This document shows positions 48,129 to 54,938 of a DNA stretch of 54,938 bases, in pieces. The stretch is from Chthoniobacteraceae bacterium (GTDB lineage: Bacteria > Verrucomicrobiota > Verrucomicrobiia > Chthoniobacterales > Chthoniobacteraceae). Under the pieces are notes generated by a model. It made no database searches and was not told the DNA's origin. It saw only the letters and a program-made list of their open reading frames with translations. Position numbers and translations under genes: made by a program. The DNA is taken from NCBI GenBank assembly GCA_040081625.1, contig JBEBGD010000028.1:1-54938 (forward strand), given 5' to 3'. The first letter of the stretch is position 1, and each line of letters starts with the position of its first letter.

Positions 48129-49574
48129 TTGTCCCTCACCTCCCTTTCCATCTCCGCACTGCGCGAAAAACTCGTCGCCCGCGAAATCTCGCCGCCCGAG
48201 ATCCTCGACACGCTCGACGCCCGCATCGCCGCCATCGACGACCAGGTCCACGGCTACCTCAGCCGCGACCTCGCGCTCGCGAAGCAAGCCGCCGCAAACG
48301 CCGACCTCACCAAGCCGCTCGGCGGCGTGCCGATCGCGATCAAGGACGTGATCAACGTCCGCGGCGAGCCCTGCACGTGCGGCTCGAAGATGCTGCTGCC
48401 GTATCGCTCGAACTACGACGCGACCGTCACCACGCGGCTGCGCGCCGCCGGCGCGATCCCTTTTGGCCGGGCGAACATGGACGAGTTCGCGATGGGCAGC
48501 TCCACGGAAAACTCCGCCTTCGGTCCCTCGCACAATCCGTGGGACCTCACGCGCACGCCCGGCGGTTCCTCCGGCGGCAGCGCCGCGGTGGTCGCCGCGA
48601 ATGAAGCGTTCGCCGCGCTCGGCTCCGACACCGGTGGCTCGATCCGCCAGCCTGCCGCGCTGTGCGGCATCGTGGGCATGAAGCCCACCTACGGCCGCGT
48701 CTCCCGCTTCGGTCTCGTCGCCTTCGCCTCCTCGCTCGACCAAATCGGCCCGTTCACGAAGACCGTGCGCGACGCCGCGCTCATCCTCGACGCGATCTGC
48801 GGCAAGGACCCGATGGATTCCACCAGCCTCGACGAGCCCGTGCCCGCGCACACCGCGCTGCTCGGGCGCGACATCCGCGGCATGAAGCTCGGCATGCCGC
48901 GCGAGTATTTCATCTCCGGCATCGACCCGCAGGTCGATGCCACCGTGCGCGCGGCCATCAAGCACTACGAGTCGCTCGGCGCGGAGATCGTCGAGGTCTC
49001 GCTGCCGAACACCGAGCACGCCGTCGGCGTCTATTACATCATCGCCACCGCCGAGTGCTCCGCGAACCTCGCGCGGTTCGACGGCGTCCGCTACGGCCAC
49101 CGCGCCGAGGCCGCGAACCTCATCGAGCAATACGGCAGGAGCCGCGCGGAAGGCTTCGGCCCGGAGGTGAAGCGCCGCATCATCCTCGGCACCTACGTGC
49201 TTAGCAGCGGCTATTACGACGCCTACTACCTGCGCGCGCAGAAAGTCCGCACGCTCATCCGCGACGACTTCACGCGCGCCTTCGAGAAGTGCGACGCCAT
49301 CGTCTGCCCCACCACGCCCGAGCCAGCCTTCAAGCTCGGCGACCGCGCCGACGACCCGCTCAAGATGTATCTCGCCGACATCTTCACCATCGCCACGAAC
49401 CTCGCCGGCATCCCCGGCCTCTCGCTCCCGTGCGGCTTCGCCGAAGTCGATGGCCGCAAGCTGCCGATCGGCCTCCAGCTCCTCGGCAAGCCGCTCGACG
49501 AGCCGCGCCTTCTCCAAATCGCCGATGCCTATGAGCAGAGCACCGACTGGCACAAGGCGCGGCCCGCGCTGTAG
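48129..49574 (+). CDS. gatA: Asp/Glu-tRNA amidotransferase subunit A
   Basis: GVPIAIKD, NMDEFAMGSSTENS, GGSSGGS, GSDTGGSIRQPA, NLARFDGVRYG. TTG start. Confidence 0.97.
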   Translation: MSLTSLSISALREKLVAREISPPEILDTLDARIAAIDDQVHGYLSRDLALAKQAAANADLTKPLGGVPIAIKDVINVRGEPCTCGSKMLLPYRSNYDATVTTRLRAAGAIPFGRANMDEFAMGSSTENSAFGPSHNPWDLTRTPGGSSGGSAAVVAANEAFAALGSDTGGSIRQPAALCGIVGMKPTYGRVSRFGLVAFASSLDQIGPFTKTVRDAALILDAICGKDPMDSTSLDEPVPAHTALLGRDIRGMKLGMPREYFISGIDPQVDATVRAAIKHYESLGAEIVEVSLPNTEHAVGVYYIIATAECSANLARFDGVRYGHRAEAANLIEQYGRSRAEGFGPEVKRRIILGTYVLSSGYYDAYYLRAQKVRTLIRDDFTRAFEKCDAIVCPTTPEPAFKLGDRADDPLKMYLADIFTIATNLAGIPGLSLPCGFAEVDGRKLPIGLQLLGKPLDEPRLLQIADAYEQSTDWHKARPAL

Positions 49575-49577
49575 CGG

Positions 49578-49928
49578 CTAGCGTTTGATCGCTACGAGGA
49601 GCGCGTTCAGCCAGTCCACGATCGCCTGCACCTCGGCTTGCGTGGGCGGATCGCTGATCGCGCCCGGCAGCGGCGCGATCGCGCTGGGATTGAGCGCCGT
49701 GCCGGCGATCGCTGTGTCCAGTTGCGCATTGGTCACCTCGCCGGGCGGGCCCTGCGGACCGGGCGCGCCGTCGGAGCCGGAAGGCCCCGGCGGGCCGATG
49801 GGTCCGGGGTCGCCCTGCGGCCCCGGCGGGCCGGGCACGATGAGATCGTGCAGGCCGTTGAGTTGATCGCGCATGACCTCGGATGAGAGGTCCGAGTCCG
49901 GCGCGGGAAGAGTGGGATCGAATGGCAT
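49578..49928 (-). CDS. Small collagen-like protein (11 Gly-X-Y triplets) with C-terminal amphipathic helix
   Basis: [33 protein letters not shown]; ends [24 protein letters not shown]. Confidence 0.85.
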   Translation of the reverse strand: MPFDPTLPAPDSDLSSEVMRDQLNGLHDLIVPGPPGPQGDPGPIGPPGPSGSDGAPGPQGPPGEVTNAQLDTAIAGTALNPSAIAPLPGAISDPPTQAEVQAIVDWLNALLVAIKR

Positions 49929-49940
49929 GGCGCGGATGAG

Positions 49941-50726
49941 TTAAGGAGCCACGGTGACTTTCGCTATGTCCGTCCACTCGCCATTCGGCGTGCCCTTGTC
50001 CCAATAGCGAAGGCGGTATTCGCGCACCTCGGGCTGGCCGGCCACGAGCAGCGTGCGCTCATCCACATAGGGGCTCTCGGTCTGGATGGTCAGGAACTCC
50101 CACGGCGCACTCGCACCGCCGCGGCGGCTCTCGATCACCACGCCCATGTGCCCGTATTTGTAGAAGGTCAGCCGCACGCACTGGCAGGCCGGGCCTTGCT
50201 CGACCTTGAGCTTCACCTGCGGCACCGGGTGATCCGCCGCATCCTCGGAACCGACCACGCCGAGATCGGTGCCGATCTGCTCGGTGTAGCCGGCGGCTTC
50301 CTTGATGTCCTGCACGAAGTCGAAGATGCGCAGCAGCGCGCCCGCGGGCACGGCAGCCACGCCCGTCGGCGGGGTCGGCGCGGTGAAGACAGGCAGCACG
50401 GGATCGCCGTCGCCGGTCTGGATGTCCTTCACATAGTCAGTCGTCGAAGGCGCCCACGTGCGCACCGCTGAGAGCCACGCACCGAGCACGTAGATGAGCC
50501 AGTTTGCATCGGCGACGATGGCTGTGACCTGCCCGGAGGTGAATCCGAGCACCGTTGTATAGCCGGGCAGCTTGTCCCGGAAGTTCGTGAGCCACGCCAC
50601 CTGGGCGGCGATGCGGCTCGGGTAATACTGCTGATGTTTCATGGTGGATTTATGTTTGGTTTTCTTGCGTTTGATGCCGGCGCTATCCCACCGGCCGAGA
50701 TCCCACCGCCCGCTATCCCACGGCAT
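49941..50726 (-). CDS. Hypothetical protein: WD-repeat leader, helical domain and C-terminal Ig/Fn3-like beta domain (alternative start 50642)
   Basis: MPWDSGRWDLGRWDS-AGIKRKKTKHKST-MKHQQYYPSR...; C-terminal 'V.IESRRG...WEFL......PYVD.R.......E.REYR.RY......GEW'. Confidence 0.8.
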   Translation of the reverse strand: MPWDSGRWDLGRWDSAGIKRKKTKHKSTMKHQQYYPSRIAAQVAWLTNFRDKLPGYTTVLGFTSGQVTAIVADANWLIYVLGAWLSAVRTWAPSTTDYVKDIQTGDGDPVLPVFTAPTPPTGVAAVPAGALLRIFDFVQDIKEAAGYTEQIGTDLGVVGSEDAADHPVPQVKLKVEQGPACQCVRLTFYKYGHMGVVIESRRGGASAPWEFLTIQTESPYVDERTLLVAGQPEVREYRLRYWDKGTPNGEWTDIAKVTVAP

Positions 50727-50758
50727 GGGGACGGGCGGTGAAAGGGTGTGCCCGGCGC

Positions 50759-50808
50759 TGTAGCCGCGTCGCTCTGCGACGTGCACGGCGCAGAGCGCCG
50801 TGGCTACA
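50759..50808. repeat. GTAG-type REP doublet (copy 2, inverted relative to copy 1)
   Basis: tgtagccgcgtcgctctgcgacgtgcacggcgcagagcgccgtggctaca. Confidence 0.85.
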
Positions 50809-50816
50809 GGCTGTCC

Positions 50817-51112
50817 ATTGGGCGAAAGGCGACTGAACCCGCGCGGCGGGGGATCGATCCCGCGGGGCGGGGGATCGTCCCCGCGCGAGCCGGGATGGAC
50901 CCCGCACGGCGCGGGATCGTCCCCCCGGCGAATGGGGGAGGCTCCCCCTGCCGCGCGGGATCAGTCCCGCGCCGCGCGGGGTCCATCCACAGCCGCGCGG
51001 GGTCGTTCCCGGGCGACGCGGTATCGTGACCCGACCGTAGGAGACTGAACCCGCGTCGCGCGGGTTCGATCCCGCACGCCGCGGGGTCGGTCCCATTTCG
51101 CCCGGGGAAGAC
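50817..51112. repeat. Tandem array of about 13-14 degenerate palindromic 21-bp units (consensus CCCGCGnnnCGCGGGATCGAT)
   Basis: Units start at 50838, 50859, 50880, 50901, 50922 (23 bp), 50945, 50966, 50987, 51008, 51029, 51050, 51071 and 51092. Confidence 0.9.
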
Positions 51113-51217
51113 TCTTTCCGGGCCGGTGCCAGGAGCGGGGAGGTGGATGACGATAGCTTTCTCACGACCGGCGATACCCAGCCCGGCGGCGGTCGTTACG
51201 CGGCGCGAAAAGTTTTT

Positions 51218-51949
51218 TTACTCCCGCCGGAAGACGCCCAGCAGATACGCGATCTCGTCCTCGACTTCCCCGGGCGAGCCGACGGTATTGGCCACCTCCG
51301 CCTCGAGCGTCGCGCGGTATTCGCGGCGCAGCCGCAGCAGCGCCACGCGCAGCGCGCCGTCGGTCATCCCGACCGAGGCGGCGAGCACCGCCGACTCTCC
51401 CGCGTCGAGCGTGCCGCCGGCGATGAGCACCGGACGCAGCGTGGCGAAGAGCGCGCCCTTGCCGCGACCAGCATAGCTATCTCCCAGCAGCCGCAGCACG
51501 CGGCCGAGCAGCTCGTGGATCCACTTCCGCTCGTAGAGCCGCTCGGGGGTCTCGTGATCGAGCATCGTCTCGTGGCGGTAGCGCTCCTCGTGGTCGGCAG
51601 GTCCGCCCGGCCTGTCTTCCTCGATGCTACATTCGCGGTCGCGGTGCGGCTGGTCGCGGCGCCAGTTGATGAGGAAGCGCTGGAGCGCCGTGGCGAGATA
51701 GGTGCGCAGCCGGCCCTTGCTCGCATCGGCCTGCGCGAGCGCGTCGAGCCGCAGCAGCTTCGCGAAGAAATCCTGGAGCGCATCCTGCGCATCGTGATGC
51801 TCCAGCCCGCGCCGGCGGATGTAACAGTAGAGCGGGTAGTGATAGACAGCGCACAGCTCCTCGAGCGCCGCGCGCTTCGCCGCCTCATCCCCGCTCTTGA
51901 GCCGGGCGATGAGCGTCCAGCGCGTGGGGGGGAACTGGCCGTCGGGCAT
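51218..51949 (-). CDS. ECF-type RNA polymerase sigma-70 factor (PVC 'FPxTRW' group)
   Basis: QFPPTRWTLI, 'ALEELC..Y..PLY.YIRR.G...HDAQD..Q.FF..LL', 'GRLRTYL', 'V.L.RLR..YR..L..EV..TV', 'V.DE'. Confidence 0.9.
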   Translation of the reverse strand: MPDGQFPPTRWTLIARLKSGDEAAKRAALEELCAVYHYPLYCYIRRRGLEHHDAQDALQDFFAKLLRLDALAQADASKGRLRTYLATALQRFLINWRRDQPHRDRECSIEEDRPGGPADHEERYRHETMLDHETPERLYERKWIHELLGRVLRLLGDSYAGRGKGALFATLRPVLIAGGTLDAGESAVLAASVGMTDGALRVALLRLRREYRATLEAEVANTVGSPGEVEDEIAYLLGVFRRE

Positions 51950-51952
51950 GGC

Positions 51953-54938
51953 TCAGGGAGCCGCGGGGGCGAGGACGACGCGGAAGCCGTAGCCACCATT
52001 GCGCTTGGTCGGGACCCCATCCGTGCGCCGGGAGGCAAACAGATAACGGCGGTCCGAACTGCTCCAGCCCAGACCACGCAAAACGCGGCATTCCTTTTTC
52101 TCATCAAACCAATCTTCGCACCACTCCTGCGCATTGCCCCCGAGGTCGTAAAGCCCCAGAGGATTTGGTGCGAACGATCCGACTGGGGACGATTGCACAA
52201 ACCCGTCGTGGTAGCCGGCGATGAGCGTCTGGCCTTTGTAGCCGGCCCGCCCCGCATCCACATCGGCCTGCATTTCCTGCCCACCGAAATTGCCTGCTCC
52301 CACGGGCGGCGGCCAGGCGCTGCCCCAGAAAAAGGCATCCACGATCATAAGATCCTTTTTCGCGGGGGTCTGCGCGGCGTCCTCCCGCGCGCCTATGCCC
52401 ACGGCATCGCTCCACTCATGATCGCTCGGCAACCGGTAACATTCGCCCGCGCTGATCTTGCCAGCTTTGCGCTCGCGCTCCGTGAGCCAGGCACAGAAGG
52501 CCCGCGCGTCGTCCCACAACACATTCACCGCCGGGTGCGTGGGACCTTGCTCGAAGCTCGCTCTCGTCCACTCGCGCTGGGTGTGCTTGATGAAGGCTTC
52601 GTAGTCCTGCACCCGCGTCTCCCACACACTGAAGAGCACGCGCTGCCCGCCCGTCGGCCCGCCGGTGATCGGCACGGGGACGAACTTCATTCCGAGCGTG
52701 TTCACGAAGGGCGCGTCTTTCGTAGCGGTGGCGGCACCGTTCGGAGTGACAGCGCCGCTGGGCTTCGCCCTAACGTCGTCGTCCCACTCCACGAGGAAGC
52801 CGATTCGTCGGTCTGCGGTGCGCTGCGTATGTTCACGCCAACCCACGGTACTGCTTTGCGGTGCGCGCCACAGGACGAGCGCCTTGGGGAAGTCGTCGCT
52901 GCGCAGCGGGTCGCCAGGGCGGTTCTGCGGTAAAGCTGAATAGGAGAACGGCTCGCCCGTGACCCATTGCAAGGGTGCATCCGCCTTCTCGCGGGAAGCG
53001 CCAAGGTAGAGGTTCTTTGTCTCGGGCACTTGGTCACCAAACGCCTGCCGGACAAACTCGTCCTCCTCCTTGCTGTTGATCGTTACCAGGTGGCCGCCCA
53101 TGGCTTCGGCCTTCGCCTTCGCGACGTCCCATTTCCAAGCTCCGGGGACCATCTGGTAGCGATGCCCGCCGAAGGTGCGCACTTCCCCGCCCGTCGCTGA
53201 AGCCGCCGTGGCGGTGGGCGCGCTGGAGCTGAGGTCGAGGTATTCGAGCGACACGATCCTGCGCTCCTTGCCCAGTGTTCGGAAGGAGATGCCAAACTTG
53301 CCCGTCGCGCGCTCGGGGTCGCGGGATTCGAGCACCACCTCGCCATTGAGCCGCACTGTGAATAGGTCGCCGACGGCGCGCAGCTCGATCTCGTATTCCT
53401 CGCCGGGCTGGATGGGCGCGGGCAGCTTGCGTTTGATATGCACCGGTCCCTTCTCATTCAGCGCACCAGTGAATATTCCACCCACCAGGTAGTTCAGGCC
53501 GGCCTCGTCACCGCTCGTGAGGACGTTGGCTTTGTAGAACGAGTGCGGAGTGCCGCCGCCGCGCGCGATGAGGCCGATGTTGTCCTTCGGGTCGAAGACG
53601 GCGCGCATCCGCACCGCGCCATCCCGGCCCGGCCCGGCGGCAAACATGGTCGAGCCTTGCGCAATCACCGTCCAGCCCGCGCTCTCAGGCCGCAGCATGA
53701 AGTTACCTTTGGCAAACTCTGCATCCTGCCGCGCATCCACCCACTTCTGGGTATTTCCAGCCGTGGGCGCTCCGACCTCCACCTCGTCCAGCGGCACATA
53801 CTCGATGTCGCGGAAGAAGCAGTTGGCTGTCGCACCGAGAGTCATCATGCCGGGACCGGGAAGCGTCGCGTCGCGCACCGTTTCAAAGGGCTTTCCGTCC
53901 ACCGAAATGGTGAGGGTGTCGCCGACGGTACGCAGTTCCACCCGCAGCCATTCGTTGGGCCGGTAGAGTTCGGGCATCTTCCAGACTTTCAGCTTCCGCG
54001 CCGCGCCGTCGGCCTGGACTTCGAGGTCGAAGTGCCCGCCGGGCGGATTGATCCGGAGCTGATAGGCGCGGGGAGTCTGGGCGGAGCCGGTGCTGCGGAT
54101 GGCGACTGATCCCCAGCGCGCATCGGGGTTCATGCGCAGCGAGAAGCGGACGATGGAATCGCGAGACTTGATGGCGCTCGTGGGGCTCTGGGTGCGCAAG
54201 GCGTGCAGATTTGCCGAGTGGACGAAGAGCGCGTCGTCTCTCCATGCGACGCCCTCCTTGTTGGCGGGCACTTTTTCCGGCGTGTCCCACAGCCGGATCG
54301 CGCCAGGTTCGAGCGGCGTCGAGGTGGTGCTGCCGGCGGCGAACGGGGCGAGGACGACGCGGAAGCCGAAATAAATGTCGGGGGCGCGTTTTTGCAGCAC
54401 CGATGTTCGGTGGGAGGACATGCAATGCTCCTTTCGCACGACTACCCAACTTCCACCTCGCAAGGTTCGCTCTGCCTGAGCGGGACTCCACCAGTCGTCG
54501 CACAGCTCGGATACATTGCCGCCGAGGTCGTGTATTCCGAAAGGATTCGCGCTATACGAACCCACTGGTGCGAGCCGCACATGGGAGTCGAGGTGTTGCG
54601 CCATTCCTTTCGCAAGGCCGGGAACCTGTCCGGTCTTCGCTTCCTCGTCGGCCTCTCGCCCGAAATAGTTCGCGGTGTTGGCAGGAGCCGGCCATGCAGT
54701 GCCCCACGGATAAACATCAGGAAGTTTGCCGTCCTTTTCCTCCGGCGTTTTCGCCGGATCTTCGCGGTCGCCGATGCCTACCGCACAACTCCACTCGTGG
54801 TCCGACGGCAGGCGATAGCTTTCGTTCGCGCCGATCTTGCCGGCCTTTCGGTCGCGGTCGGTGAGCCAGGCGCAAAAAGCCTGCGCATCATCCCAACTCA
54901 CGAAGACCGCCGGGACATCGGGCTTGCGGGCATGCTCC
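51953..54938 (-). CDS. Large multidomain protein (5' end outside the window): FGE-sulfatase, two ConA/DUF1080-like domains, C-type lectin, FGE-sulfatase
   Basis: Two 'WDDA.AFC.WL...YRLPSDHEWS.A.G...PVGS...N..G..DLGGN..E.C.DW...GFRVVLAP' domains and lectin 'FGGHRY...W..AK..AE.MGGHLVTINS.EE'. The frame is open to the window end. Confidence 0.9.
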   Translation of the reverse strand, partial: EHARKPDVPAVFVSWDDAQAFCAWLTDRDRKAGKIGANESYRLPSDHEWSCAVGIGDREDPAKTPEEKDGKLPDVYPWGTAWPAPANTANYFGREADEEAKTGQVPGLAKGMAQHLDSHVRLAPVGSYSANPFGIHDLGGNVSELCDDWWSPAQAERTLRGGSWVVVRKEHCMSSHRTSVLQKRAPDIYFGFRVVLAPFAAGSTTSTPLEPGAIRLWDTPEKVPANKEGVAWRDDALFVHSANLHALRTQSPTSAIKSRDSIVRFSLRMNPDARWGSVAIRSTGSAQTPRAYQLRINPPGGHFDLEVQADGAARKLKVWKMPELYRPNEWLRVELRTVGDTLTISVDGKPFETVRDATLPGPGMMTLGATANCFFRDIEYVPLDEVEVGAPTAGNTQKWVDARQDAEFAKGNFMLRPESAGWTVIAQGSTMFAAGPGRDGAVRMRAVFDPKDNIGLIARGGGTPHSFYKANVLTSGDEAGLNYLVGGIFTGALNEKGPVHIKRKLPAPIQPGEEYEIELRAVGDLFTVRLNGEVVLESRDPERATGKFGISFRTLGKERRIVSLEYLDLSSSAPTATAASATGGEVRTFGGHRYQMVPGAWKWDVAKAKAEAMGGHLVTINSKEEDEFVRQAFGDQVPETKNLYLGASREKADAPLQWVTGEPFSYSALPQNRPGDPLRSDDFPKALVLWRAPQSSTVGWREHTQRTADRRIGFLVEWDDDVRAKPSGAVTPNGAATATKDAPFVNTLGMKFVPVPITGGPTGGQRVLFSVWETRVQDYEAFIKHTQREWTRASFEQGPTHPAVNVLWDDARAFCAWLTERERKAGKISAGECYRLPSDHEWSDAVGIGAREDAAQTPAKKDLMIVDAFFWGSAWPPPVGAGNFGGQEMQADVDAGRAGYKGQTLIAGYHDGFVQSSPVGSFAPNPLGLYDLGGNAQEWCEDWFDEKKECRVLRGLGWSSSDRRYLFASRRTDGVPTKRNGGYGFRVVLAPAAP

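Noticed and set aside
50817..51112. CRISPR array
   Set aside because: Units are contiguous 21-mers with no unique spacers, they are degenerate, and no cas genes are present.
50713..51165. 150-aa heptad-repeat ORF (and overlapping ORFs) across the array as a real gene
   Set aside because: The repeat frame shifts at the 23-bp unit, the palindromic repeat gives similar peptides on both strands, and the ORF runs through a REP.
51953..54938. Complete diversity-generating retroelement in the window
   Set aside because: No reverse transcriptase, Avd or template repeat is visible. Kept only as a possible remote target.

Overview
High-GC bacterial chromosome segment, most likely Verrucomicrobiota (inferred from the Amuc_1098-1102-type pilus operon, the DUF1549/DUF1553/DUF1501 genes and an FPxTRW-type ECF sigma factor). 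Most of it is core or catabolic: tRNA-Asp, lpdA, hisF, xerC, pepF, a DUF1553/DUF1501 catabolic operon, pilus operon, coaE-rho-rnd, ccsA-hemA-hemC, sodA, pfk, psd-pssA, gpgS and gatCA. The most unusual locus is 49578-51112 (minus strand). It holds a phased array of about 13 self-palindromic 21-bp units, then a GTAG-type REP, then a gene with a (WD-x-G-R)-repeat leader plus helical and Ig-like domains, then a tiny collagen protein with a phage-fibre-like C-terminal helix. Other points of note are a probable integration-site edge at the tRNA-Asp 3' end, a stand-alone flavin-dependent halogenase, an internally deleted amidohydrolase, several intergenic palindromic repeat families, promoters very close to start codons, and a mosaic FGE/lectin protein next to the ECF sigma. 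All family calls come from motif recognition by eye; no searches were run.
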